The notes below the pieces were generated by a model. The model worked only from the letters and a program-made list of their open reading frames with translations. It was not told the origin of the DNA and ran no database searches. DNA of 63,439 nt, counting the filler, from Vezdaea acicularis (lineage: Eukaryota), in the NCBI GenBank assembly GCA_026025075.1. It is 4 parts of 4 records of this genome, joined end to end, with 100 filler letters (N's around TTAATTAATTAA, not from the genome) between each part and the next. Parts side by side here need not be neighbours in the genome. Positions count along the whole stretch, not along the records: positions 18,274 to 36,331 come from JAPEUI010000207.1; 3 more parts are not named here. One strand, written 5' to 3'. A program made the translations under genes and the position numbers. How positions within the stretch are numbered: the stretch's first letter is position 1; each line of letters starts with the position of its first letter. Below are positions 23,492-36,431 of this stretch, piece by piece.

Positions 23492-23948
23492 TATTGCAAC
23501 CACTGTATCCTCTTCCTTGGACAATTGCTCAATGGACTCCGTGTAGAAAATGAGCTCTTCAATATTTCATAGAGAAAAATCCCAGGGAAGAGAAGCCCTT
23601 AGAAATATATTGCTGCGGATGTCACCCGTAATCATCGGAGACTGACACTCCCGACGTCTAGTATGGTTCGATGACGCCCTCAAGGAAACGTACTGAGCCT
23701 AGCGCGATCTAGCGATCGACAGGGAGTATTTTATGCCAGATGCGCTAGAGTGGCACAAAGTCGCGCGCTAAATTCGCGACCCGTCTGGGGATTACGCAGT
23801 GGGCTTTTTCCCTGCGGGTCTCCTGGTTTTCCACTCCAACAATCATCAAACTAAGCCTAAGGCCATTCTCAAGGCGAGCTTCCAGTATATAGGCTGCGCC
23901 TGCGGAAGTCCCTTCTCTTCTCATCTGTCTCGATCTGTGCACTTCGAG

Positions 23949-25142
23949 ATGCAGATATCCCATTTTACACTTACGGCGCTTGCCGTCGTCCTATTCAATA
24001 ATCCGACACTTGCAGCGGACCATAAGAAAGACAAGAAGCCCGCGGAACCTTGCACCATCACCTCACCTACAACGGGCGACTTCTACGACCTGCGCACGAT
24101 ATCCGTCAAGCCTCTGAAGGAAGGCAGCAAGCCCACCAGAAATGAACGGACAGAGAGCTGGCACTCGAAGGGCTACGACTATAAATCAAATTTCACAATA
24201 AACTTTTGCGAAGCTGTAGTTGAGAAGATCGAAAAGTTCGAGGGAATATCCAAAGACCTCACCAGAAACGTCAGCGCCTATTACGAACTCGACGGGGTTT
24301 ACTATTCGATAGGCCAACAGTCAGCAGAGCCCATCTTCCGCGGACGAAGGCTAGTCCTGCAATACGAGAACGGCTCGCCCTGTGACACTGCTTCAAGCCA
24401 TTGCTTGCACCAAAAGGAGGGCAGATCTAAGAACGGCAAGTCCCACGAGGACGATGAGGATGACGACCCTAATGATAGACCTCAGAAAGGGGGGAAGGGC
24501 AAAAATAAGGATGGGGACACGCGGCGGAAGTCCACGATTATCTCTTTCCTCTGCGACCGCGATGCCGTAACCCCAGCCTCCGTTTCATTTGTGGGCGTGA
24601 GCCCAGATGAGTGCGCATATTCTTTCGAGGTTCGGTCCGCTGCGGCCTGTGGTGGAGTCAGCCAGGTAGAGCAGACATTAGGACCTGGCGGCGTCTTTGG
24701 CGTAATGTACGTTTCACGATCTAGAAAAATTAAATCTTGGTTTGCTAATACACTTCCCTAGCGCCCTCATCGCGGTTCTGGTCTACCTTGTGGGAGGCTG
24801 CGTCTATCAACGTACCGTGATGCATGCACGTGGCTGGCGGCAACTTCCCAACTACAGCATGTGGGCTAGTATTGGTGGCTTCATCAGGGTCAGTTTCCTC
24901 TATCTGTGGGGGACACTATCAGTGTCTCCCTACCGTCCGTCCACGCCATTTGCTAAAGCTGAAGCCTGTAGGACATATTCATCATCCTCACATCGTCCTG
25001 CTCGCGCCTCATCCCGCGTAGTAGGGGATACCGGAGCCTGTCGGTATCCGCAAATGGTCAACCCCCAGCGAGGAGAGGGGGTAATCGCAGTGATGATGAG
25101 AATAGGTTGATCGACCAATTGGATGAGGAGTGGGAAGACTGA
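23949..25142 (+). CDS. Mannose-6-phosphate receptor-like (MRH domain) vacuolar sorting receptor, Mrl1-like, 3 exons
   Basis: Signal peptide, SWHSKGYDY..NFTINFC, LVLQYENGSPC, RRKSTIISFLCD, TM segment YLVGGCVYQR, C-terminal DENRLIDQLDEEWED. Confidence 0.88.
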
Positions 25143-25582
25143 TAGTGAATTGCAATTACCCCAAACTTCCGGCTGGCGTTTCGGCGTGTATAAGGAGATG
25201 GATCCCTAATCGAAGGAACTCGGCATGCATAGGCGTATAACATGTCAATTGGCCATGGTGCAGGCTCAATTCTGATGTTTGCGTGTGCTCTAGCAAAGTA
25301 GAACTCGCCTGTAGTCGTAAAATGTCAATAGTACTGGCGCTTGCGCGTGTGAAACCTCCCGCGGAATCTTCCGAAAGAAGCGTCATCAAGGTTGCGACAC
25401 TCGAAGTTTTGATTTTGAACGCTGCTAACTCAACCCTTTATTTCGCCAACAGTCATTTCATCCTTTCCTTTTGTTTGAGTTCTGACCTCTCGTCGCATGA
25501 TGGAGTCACCATCCTTATACGTTGCGAATTAATAAACTGTGGTCGTCGTCCGGGAACGCGCAGTTCTCCTTGCGCCTTTCAC

Positions 25583-26895
25583 ATGGTTTTCTCCGTGGCG
25601 ACATCGAATAACCCCCCAGTCTCGAGTTTACCATCTCAGAGGACTAACAAGCCGGTACAAAAGACTGTCCAAACCGCGACAGAAGATGAAGCTTCGAGTA
25701 GACCTCGAAAGTTTACTGCGCTAGCACAAAAGGAATCACCAGTTGCGAAGTCATGGGCGCACTTCGTTGCAGGCGGGTATGTCCAAAACCCCCTATAATT
25801 TCTACTCCTCCACATTTTCCGATCGGTGGAACGAAAGTACATTTTGTATCAAAAACTTAGTCTTTCCAATATAGGATTGGAGGAATGACTGCGGCTACCC
25901 TCACTTCTCCTCTCGACGTTCTCAAAACCCGACTACAATCCGACTTCTATCAATCTCAACTTGCCGAAACTCGACGCGCCAAAAACATTCCACATCCTTC
26001 GACCCTTCCTCCGCTTCGCAGCGCTGCGTTGCACGTTCGAGAGACATTCCAAATCCTATTTTCAATTCATCGAGTAGAAGGATGGCGAGCTCTTTTCAAG
26101 GGGCTAGGGCCGAATCTTACAGGAGTTGTACCCGCACGCTCCATTAATTTCTTCACCTACGGAAATGGGAAGAAGATACTAAGCTCTCAATTCAACAACG
26201 GCGAAGAGAATGTATGGGTCCAGCTTTGCGCTGCTGTGACTGCAGGCCTCATGACAGGAACAGCAACAAATCCAATCTGGCTTATTAAAACACGGCTCCA
26301 ACTTGACAAGTCTACCGCGGAGAAGTCAGGAGGACTTGCCACTCGCCGTTACAGGAATAGTTGGGACTGCGTAAAGCAAGTGGTTAAGCAAGAAGGTATC
26401 CAGGGCTTATACAGAGGCCTTTCGGCAAGCTATCTAGGGGTCTCGGAGAGTACTCTCCAGTGGGTATTGTATGAGCAGATCAAATCACGTCTTGCTCAAC
26501 GTCAGGAGAACCTAAACGCGTCTGGCCGCGAGAGGACTTATTGGGACCACACGGTAGAACTGGCTGGCGTGCCGACTGCAGCAGGTGGTGCGAAGTTATT
26601 CGCGGCTAGCGTGACATATCCGCATGAAGTTGTCCGCACAAGATTACGGCAAGCTCCAAGCACAACTGATGGTAGACTCAAATACACAGGGCTTAAGCAA
26701 TGCTTTAAGTTGGTGTGGATGGAAGAAGGTATGCTGGGGCTTTATGGTGGACTAACCCCGCATTTGATGAGGGTGGTGCCCAGTGCAGTGATCATGTTCG
26801 GGATGTGAGTAGTCATCTGTAGGACCTCTTCCAACGCAACACTAATCAATTCTAGGTATGAAACGATCCTGAAACTCCTGGGTGCGGAGTCTTAA
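25583..26895 (+). CDS. RIM2: Mitochondrial carrier, Rim2-like pyrimidine nucleotide transporter, 3 exons
   Basis: KSWAHFVAGG; three PxD/ExxKTR carrier motifs (PLDVLKTRLQ, PIWLIKTRLQ, PHEVVRTRLRQ); GVVPARSINF. Confidence 0.9.
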
Positions 26896-27539
26896 AGCTC
26901 AAAGGCTTCCGCTTCGATACATGACATATATAAAACTCATCTCAACCATAATTTTCCGCCTCCATTAGCGTAGAATGTACTGTAGCATAGGGCGGAGCAT
27001 TGCATGGACTCAACAAAGATGGCGGACTCTGTCAATGGGACTTTGCAAAGGGTTGCTTGCGTGTATTTCAGTAAAATAAAAGGTTCTGTAACTATAGGAA
27101 AAAAAAGTATATGAGACTCCTTAGCTAGCAAACCAATAAATCGGACTGGGTTCTGTGCTGACTGTTAGCCATATAATTTGGGACCTGAGATTTATTTTGA
27201 GCTATCTTTGAGAGGGCTACCAGTGTTCAAGTAAGGTGATTGACCAGATAGAAGACTCGAAGCTCGTGATGGCCGAAGTAACGCCATCGCTATAGAAAGA
27301 GAAATAGAAAAACAAAAGAGAAAGCGTCCAGGCAGAGCCAGTCCCCAGGATTTGGTCCAGTGTGCCGCAAACCAAAGGATAGAATCCCACATCAAGTTTT
27401 CCAGTACGGAATCTGGGCGGCTGCTAAAGGCAGAGCTCGTCCAACCTAATGTAGCCCACTATTCCCCCTTTGCCATTCCGAATGATGGAAAACCTGTCAA
27501 ATTCCTGAAACCTCCTACACCCCTCATTCCTGAGCCCAT

Positions 27540-28027
27540 CTACCATGAATTTCGATCCCAATTCGGATCCTGCACAAAACTAGCCAGCACTCTCGAGCCT
27601 GTCTGGAGCAGCGGATGTCCAACGACGATTTGCAAAAAGCGCTGCAACCCCTCCCTCCTATGCTCAATCACGTCATCGCTAAAGCGATTTGTGAAGACCT
27701 TCCCAGGCAAAGGCGGAATAGTGACGCGCGCCGACTCGCGCTCAAGAATATCGCGGAAGTATTCAAAATCGCTGTAGCGACGCCGAACGCTGCTGTGCTT
27801 GAGTTTGAAGGCGGGGATGTTGGTGCGGCAAACAATCTCGTAGTCGGTATACATTCCACGCCCGAAGCCATGGGTCGAAGGATTCTTGACCTTTTGATTA
27901 TCAGAGCTGACTACGGTAGAAGAGGGGATTATGGGGTATGAAGGCGTACTTCGACTTCAAGGAAGTTTTCCGGTGGGCCATAGATCTCTTCGAAACTTTG
28001 CTGCCGAGCGTCCGGTATGGCCTGCAT
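27540..28027 (-). CDS. SNX3: Sorting nexin 3 (PX domain), 2 exons
   Basis: [26 protein letters not shown]|..[48 protein letters not shown]. Confidence 0.96.
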
Positions 28028-28915
28028 CTTAGCTACAAGGATGTGGCGTGGGGCGTTTGCGCGGTGGAATGCTTATGTCTCAATTGAGGTTGCCGACTGC
28101 TTCCCCTATAAACACCGTGACGAGGTTGATGATGTGAGGCTTGAAGATCGAGAGGCTTTTTGAGAGCAACTTGCACTTGCGTCAGGTGTGTTGATTTAAA
28201 CTTTTGGGCATGAGATCAGGAATGTGGTGTAGGGCGAATGGCGGGGAAGATCAGTTTTCGCTGCAGGGTATAGATGCCTCTTAAAACTTCACTCTCGAAT
28301 ACAATCTTTGAAACTTGAAGTTTAGACTACCAAAACATCATGAACAAGACATTCCTTTTACATTTTAGGCTAGCAAATCTATAAAGCTACTCACAGCGCA
28401 AGTGCTGCTCTAAGGTAGAAAGGGCTGAGAGGTCTGCGGGTAGTTTTTGAAAGTTTGTGTATTAACATAATTAAGCGTAGTCTATGATTTTTGCACAACC
28501 CTCCAACCCCTTTAGACCCCCGATCATGATCATTGAGGCGGTTTTTGAATGAGGCTTTCTCCAGCTCCGATTTGAACAGGGTTAGGTCTTCAGAAGCTGC
28601 AATCAGAGGTACTCATCAAGCTCCTCTGGTCCGACAAAGTTATATCGGCACAAGCAACGATGATTGTTGTTGCTCGAATACAAAATTTGAGAATGAAAAA
28701 TGATGATTTTCCGTTACAACCCACTCTCTGTTTATGTGGAGCTATGACTTCCTGCTTGAGGTGGTGTATCTGGACTCGTTAAAGTCCGATAGAGCCGAGG
28801 CAGCTCGGCAAGTGGCGCCAGATCTTTATCGATAAAGCCACCAACCTACCGAGTTCCGACGATCCTTGAGCACTGTGGTATACAGTTAAATTCACTTTAG
28901 CCGAGCCTCTTAGCT

Positions 28916-31116
28916 ATGGCTTCAGATAACCCTCCAGGAGATGTGCTTGGCGAAGCTGTGGATCATGACGGCGAGGAGCATGAAGCATCAAGTTCACTGC
29001 TGGTAGATCAGTTGTTAGATGAGATAGATGATGACGACATGGACTTTGAACCTGCAAGCGAAGATGAGGATGAAGAAGCAGACTTTCTAGGTATAAGTTC
29101 ATGTCTATCAGATGCGTTATGCTGATGCTAATATTTATGAATCTGTAGATGCTGTAGAAGACCTCGAAGGGGGCATAGAACTCGAATTCGCGGAAAATGT
29201 TTCGGGGAATGGAAATGAAAATGGAGAAGAGCAAGCAGAAGGGGACCAAGCACAGCAAGAAGAGAACCGGCGCCAGGCGCAGACTGTAATTTGTTCGCAG
29301 ACTTTCGTCACCCGTAAAGTACCCAACTAATATGTAGTCCCAGTAACTCGAGACCACCTACAACGACTGTTAAGAAGCCAACCTATCCTACGGCGTATTC
29401 TTCGAAATCACAATCACGCTCTCGGTGTCGACGATGGAGATGATGACGAGGACGAGGACGACTTTCAAAATGGTTACGGTGGTTGGAGACGTCGGCGAAG
29501 ACGAGGTCCTAAAACTCCCGTTGAGGAGAGATACCCCAAGATCCCAAGTGAAGCGGGGGGGCAATTGATGAATTCAGGACTTTTTGGCGCTCGGGATCCT
29601 TGGGAAGGCGGAGAGATCATAAGAAAAAAGAAGGTTGCTCGTGACATACTTTTCAGAGAACTTGGTATCACCAGGGGGAGGGTTTCCCCCCCAATGGAGG
29701 GACTAATGTCCCAGAAGATGATTCCTTCAACCACCCCAGACACCATAATTCACTACGACCACAGGTGTTATTCTGGCCAGTTCTCGAATGACGGCAACTT
29801 TTTCTTCTCATGTACCCAGCATGACTTCAGAGTGCGGATGTACGACACTTCCAACCCATACCACTGGAAATATTACAAGACAGTACATTATCCAAACGGC
29901 CAGTGGACCATTACCGATGCTAGCTTGAGTCCAGATAATAGACTACTAGCATATTCCTCGATTAGAAGTATGGTATGCCTTGCGCAGACCGATCCCGAAG
30001 TCAACGCCCAGCCAATGCACTTGGACTTTTCTAATTTGAGAGGTAGTCAGCCTACCCGTGGGTTCGGTATCTGGTCGATTCGATTCTCTGGTGACGGAAA
30101 AGAGATTGTGGCTGGAACGTCAGATCATTCTGTGTATGTTTACGATCTAGAGACTGGCCAGTCTGTCCTGAAGATCGCGGCTCATCATGACGATGTCAAT
30201 GCTGTTTGTTACGGGGATGAGTCCTCGCCCCACATACTCTACTCCGGCTCTGATGATTACACCATCAAGGTTTGGGACAGGAGGAGCCTTCAAGACAGGA
30301 GGTGTGCAGGCGCCTTTCTTGGACATACGGAAGGCCTCACCTATGTGGATAGTAAGGGAGACGGTCGTTATGTGCTGAGCAATTCTAAAGACCAGACAAT
30401 GAAATTGTGGGATTTGCGAAGGATGATGACAAACGATCAGTACGAGAATTACGACATGAGCCGTGTTCAGGGCACTGGATTTGACTATAGAGGAGTCGAT
30501 TACGATGAAGACGACTTTGTTCCCCATGATAGTGACTGCTCTGTTGTCACCTTCCGCGGACACAAGGTACTTAAAACACTTATTAGATGCCATTTTGGTC
30601 CACCCAGTAGCACAAATTCGAGGTATGTCTATACGGGCAGCCGGGATGGATCAGTATATATTTACAATATGGACGCAACAATCGCGGGAACGATTGATGT
30701 AAAGGCAGCCACGCGAAACAGCCGACCAAGGGCTCGACAGCCCCGACTTTATGCTTGGGACGAAGACCCAGCCAGTGAATGGCAGACTTGTGTTAGAGAC
30801 GTCAGCTGGCACCCAAGCGCGCCTGTCATTGCTGGTAAGATACCTATATCGTCCTTGCATCGACGCTAGAAGTAACTAATTTTTTAAAATAATAGCAACA
30901 GCTTGGAATGGTTATGGAATGGGGAGCGGAAGTTGTTCAGTTCACTCGTGGGCTGATGGCGCCGTTGAGGATGACGCCGAGCCTAAGATGGGCGTCCGAG
31001 TCGATGAGAGACTTGAGCATGCTGAGGACCTCTATGAGACCACGGTGGCCCAGAGGGCACAAAGGGCAGCTCGAGCTGGATTAAGGCCTGGACCTCGAAG
31101 GGATCTAGATGAGTGA
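28916..31116 (+). CDS. WD40 protein, DCAF11/WDR23/LEC14B-like, multi-exon
   Basis: YSGQFSNDGNFFF, WTITDASLSPD, HHDDVNAVC, GHTEGLTYVDSKGDGRY, WDLR, FRGHKVLKTLIRCHF, VRDVSWHP. Confidence 0.88.
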
Positions 31117-32917
31117 AGATTCTATGCATACGAAAATCTTCCCGGTTCCTTCACGACACATCTTTGCCCGTAGATAATTCGCTCATGCATTGCTGGCGCT
31201 GGCGATTATGTCTTCTCCAGATGCGTCAACAGATAACTCATCATGTAACCTAGCAAGTAGAATTGGAGGATCGTGTTTTTATCAACGCCGTAAATACCGT
31301 GCTTATGTAAATTTGTTCCCTTCGATGTTCGTGTTCTTGGTCATGGGTAATACCAATGTCAACAGACGCAACTTGTCCGATATATTACATGCGCCTACTA
31401 GGGTTATTCTGAACGACTCTTAAGCCCACAAATGACGTCCACTCTATGCACCACCAACAAGGATATTGTTCACGGGTATATGTACTAGAAAAGCAGTGGA
31501 GATTAGCACTGCTCTGAACTGCTTGTGATGAGTGTTGGGAGACCAACTCAGCTTGACAAAGTAGCCAATTGTTCCCATAACCACGAAGCCAACACCCACA
31601 GCTTGCGAGATCTTAATGAACTCGCGCTTATCCGCTAGATCGTACAGCTTAAGTCAGCAACTTGCAGGAATTAGAGGCAGTCTCATCTTTAGAGCGCGTA
31701 CGCTTTGTGCATCTGTTCAAGAACTGAGTTCCCTCACGTAAGAAGTCCCGAGGGATGTCTGCAATCTCCTTGATCTGATCAGACATATTGAGGTTTTAGG
31801 GTATTAGCAGTCTATAAAGCTGTCGTTGGTATAGGCTGTGCTTCAAAATGGTGAAATCTGGTCGAGCTTAGAGGAGTATGTGCCCGGTGATCTGCAATCA
31901 ATCCCTTTCGAAACCGAAATGTTTCGAGCACCTGTCCTCATTGCCTCGCCTAAAGTTACTTGCAGCTGAATGGCCCCTGGAAAGCTTTGCGCTACTGCTG
32001 CGCGGAGTTTACCGGTTTAAGCGAGTCCCAAAGGAGTCGCGGTTTTTGCGCGAACCTCAAGCTCTTCTCTCTCACTTTTCACTTGCTAAGCCTCTCTCAC
32101 TTCCTCACGACGAGTTCTCTCATCGGCAGTCTTTGTAAACCACAGTCGGGGAGGCTTTCACACCCAGGTAGTTGTAAAGCTTCTCGAGGCTCTGCGAATA
32201 CCTTTGTCAGGAGCCTTAGTCCAGCTAAATTGTGGCGAAGCTTATTTTGTAAGGCTGACCAGGAACCATTGGCAGACAATTCATCGACCCCGCACGGTAA
32301 TCAGGCTGGCACAGCTCATCCAACCTTGTTGTCTTTTCTTTGATCTTCAGCAAGTCTTCTGGCACATCAGATTGACCGGTCAATAGTCTTCCTTTATTGG
32401 TATTTGATGAGAAAGGGCCAGGTGTTGAGGCACAAGCATTTCATTACCGACCTGAAGTCTACGAGGAGCGATCGAGCATAGAGCTCACCCTCGATCTCAG
32501 TTTTAAAGAAACACATTGTATCTTCCCTCTTCGTCTGCTAGAGGGAATTACGCGCTTTGGACTGTTTTGTGGCGGAAGTCATTGATGCTTCATAATTTGT
32601 TACTTTGAGTGAACTCTCAACGGGAGTGTACGTATCATACTTTTCGCTCCATGTAATTCGAGTTTTGTTACCTTGCCCTTGGTGTCTTGAATCAACGCAG
32701 TCGCTTGCGTTGAGTTGACGGCTCAGAGTCCGTTGATCGTCGCAAGGCATATCATGGCATGTATTCATTTTCCTTTCGCAGGCTGATTCAATAATAGTGC
32801 GACAACAACTGCATTTTTGCTGTATACAAGAGAAAATCAAATTCGTCTTTAAGGCTTTTGAAGACCTCTAAAGGTGCAAAGCACAAATATTAACCATTTA
32901 GCTTTGGAAGCCTCAAC

Positions 32918-34676
32918 ATGGCGGACGATGACAATTTCGACATCGACATCTACGGCAATGGTGACGGCGATGACTTCTCACATGAAAACACATCCGTCGT
33001 TGAAAAGGTAAAGAAAGATGATGATTCTGATCTAACTCTTCATGATGATCCCGCGCCTGTTAAGAATATCAAGGAAGACGCAAAGGTTGAACCTGAACCT
33101 GACCAAGACCACCGTACTGACAACCATACTACCACCGCTAGCCCCAAGGGTGTCAAGAATGAATCACATGAGACCCAAAAGATTGCTTCGTCTGATGAGA
33201 CTGCACGCGATCATATGACCATTCCAAAGCAGCCGCCACAAAAGCAAGGTATCAAACGCAAAGAAGGTGCAGATGATCGACCAGTCCCAGATGGGGCTAC
33301 TAGTGCCCTACATATCATGGACATGAATTGGTGGACTACAGACGATGATGTTCGAGGCTGGGTGAACCAAGCAGAATGTGAAGATGAGCTCAAAGACATC
33401 ACCTTCAATGAGCATAAGGTCAACGGGAAGAGCAAAGGGTACGTCTTCTTTAATACATGCATGCACCATATTATGCACTGACGAGTGATGCAGCCAAGTC
33501 TTTGTTGAATTCACCTCCGCTCAGGCAGCAGTCATGGTCAAGGAAAAGATCGAAAGCTTCGGAGAAGGACAGCAATACGTGAGAAAGCACCAAGTCAGTT
33601 TTACTAGCCCTCACGCGAATCCTTTCAAAACGCTTCCCAAAGACACGCCAGCCAGAGGAGATAATAGAGGCCGAGAGCGTGATAACCGGTCTGTCTCATC
33701 AAACTTCACCAATTCCAGCATTGGACAAAATAACAATTCAATGGGCTACCAAGGAATGAATAACATGGGGCGAGGAGGATTCAATCAAAACCGCGGTGGT
33801 TATAACAACCGTGGTAACCAGATGAATGGCATAGGAAATTTTGGTAATAGAAATTTCAGCGGGGCTATGCCTAATCAAGGGTTTCAGACTCCTATGGGTG
33901 GCTTCCAAGCTGCTCCGATGGGTAACATGGGCCAATTTGGTGGTGGCTTCCATCGTGGCGGAATGATGGGAGGCATGCGTGGCGGCCCCAATCGAGGTGG
34001 ACGCGGCGGAGTGGGTATGATGAGCGGAGGCATGCCTATGGGTGGAATGGGTATGGGTATGGGCATGCCTGGACAGATGGGCGGAATGGGAGGTATGAAC
34101 ATGGGACAAATGGGAGGAATGCAAGGTATGCCTGAAGTCAATTCTATATCACTGGGGGTAAGCCGAGGTATGAGTCCAGCTACTGCGGTACTCGTGCAAC
34201 AGCATCGAGCCGGAGCGCCTGTGATCCCTGGGCCTTACCGCGGACCGTTTCATTTTGATACGAAGCAAATTCCTTCGTATGTTGCGCAGCCTATCAAGGG
34301 CTTGTACAATTCTCCTGTGGAGCCCGAGTCGGGCTCGCAGTTTCCTTGCAATACCACACATGAAGACTCGTTGATGGATCGCCCGGAGCCTTCTCATCGT
34401 CCAGCTGTTACGCTAGACAATCCGGAGTCTCATCATCGTCGATTAAAATCCGTTCGCGCGGAGGCGTATAATCGACGCTTTGGAGATCGCCCGGTTTCTC
34501 CTTTTCATCATTCTTCACGAGGAAATAGACTAAATCGAGAACATAATGGTGTAGGTCAAGTCGGCTTTCAAGGTAATCAAGCCCACTTCAATCCGGCCTT
34601 TTTCGGTCAAGGCCAACAAAACGCTGGAAATGATTACCTCAATCCGCATGGTGCGAAACGGCCAAGACCAGAATGA
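32918..34676 (+). CDS. RRM protein, CPSF6/CFIm68-like, with a Gly/Met/RGG-rich C-terminus
   Basis: DDDNFDIDIYG, MNWWTTDDDVR, DITFNEHKVNGKSKG, NPFKTLPKD, HFNPAFF, NPHGAKRPRPE. Confidence 0.8.
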
Positions 34677-36126
34677 ATTTGAGACTTCGACTTCAAATTG
34701 TTGATCAGTGGACTTCGATCGATCTCAACCTATCATTATCACTCTCGATTGGCTGTTATCGATTCGTCGATTTCAATCCATCAAACACAATTCTGATCCG
34801 CCGACTCCGTTCCATCGAGAATGCTCTATCGACCAGATTCCTCGGCTATATCTCCATCGATTATATATCTTCGATTTCGACTCTAGCCTTACACTTTTTT
34901 GGGCTTGGCGCATCCTTCACGCTCTTTCGGTCCTCCTACCCGCTAACATTTCAACTTTCGATCTTCAGTTTCGACTGGCATCACTCATCAATTACAATAA
35001 GAACGCTTCCATTCTTCATCAAGATTGATGTGGATTCGACTTTCAGACAAGGACTTGGGCGAGGATACAACGGAGTAGGACGATAGATTGCGTTTCATTA
35101 AGAGCAGTGGCCAGGGAGCCATCGAAAATCAGGCGTATGGTAGGTGTATGGATTTGCGTATATTCGGATCATTGCATGCACAATAGAAACCTGCGTCTCA
35201 AAACTCTGTATCATTTGTGCTGCGCTTCTGTATATTTGTTGGCGTAGTGTGTACAGTAGGGTGCTAAACCTCTTAAGTCTATGTAATTTTCAAGGGGGGA
35301 AGTATTCTCTTGTTCCCACGTCTCTTTCTTCTACTTTATTTTGGTCTTCCATCATCGTTCTTTAAAGCGACCACCAACTTGGTAATAATGACTTGCGCAA
35401 TTCACGTATGTAATATTCATGTAACAGGTAGACGGCTGCCGCTCTGTTCTAGATACATCACGACCTGATGATATCCGATACGATATCACCATCCATGCCT
35501 CGGATCCCTTGTTGAGGCACGTTGAATACGTATTCCAACACTCCCTCACCACTAATCAAGACGGGATGTCTCTTAGGGCCCGCAGCCCATCCAATACGCG
35601 GTCTGTCGTCCTTCCTTCATACCTATAATCACATCCATCTTGAAGTCTTCCCGCGGCACTACCTCAACAACTTTCCGTAAAGACACCTTGGTCATAGCTG
35701 TTCCCTCATCGTATCAACGGGAGACGGCTTTCTTGAAGACCTTGGATCTAATCGGAATATTCAGACCATCAATTCGTCGGGTGGTGAAGCTCCTACAGTA
35801 TACCATCGGAATCATTTGCATGCTGGATTGATGATTCTCTGCTATCGTGTGTTCAGTACCTCCTTCTTTCCTAGTCAATATAGGAAGTCCTGCATCAGGG
35901 AGTGCTTCGTTTCGTATTCTCTTCGAAGGAAGGTAGAGCTGATCTACGTAAAACTAGATCAAGTCCCTCCTTCCACATGTCCCTGAATTAGGCATTTGCC
36001 TCCTTCCCATCCCAGGCTATGTTTGTGTTGTATTTTTCTTGCTCCATATCTTCCTGTATCGCATCGGGCGAACGTGGAGAGAGTGTTCAACCAGACATCC
36101 CGTGCGCGTGAGCTGTAAAAGAAGCC

Positions 36127-36331
36127 ATGGTTCTCAAATCATGGCGAATCTTCGCCCCCTTCTTATCTATCTACTACCTCATCTCAACGCATGGCGGAAT
36201 CCTCGCACATATAATCCCTACGCCGTTCGATTCCGCCCGTCGCGACCCCAATGCACCACTTGGGAGGCGAGACGATATGGTCGTCGTAAGCGTCGAACAT
36301 TACACTGGCAATAAGCTATATATCATGGGGA
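36127..36331 (+). CDS. Possible 5' end of a secreted protein cut by the gap
   Basis: ATG followed by a hydrophobic N-terminus, open up to the linker; no recognisable domain. Confidence 0.25.
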
Positions 36332-36431
36332 NNNNNNNNNNNNNNNNNNNNNNNNNNNNNNNNNNNNNNNNNNNNTTAATTAATTAANNNNNNNNNNNNN
36401 NNNNNNNNNNNNNNNNNNNNNNNNNNNNNNN
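36332..36431. other. Artificial contig linker (N44-TTAATTAATTAA-N44)
   Basis: Same 100-nt spacer. Confidence 0.97.
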
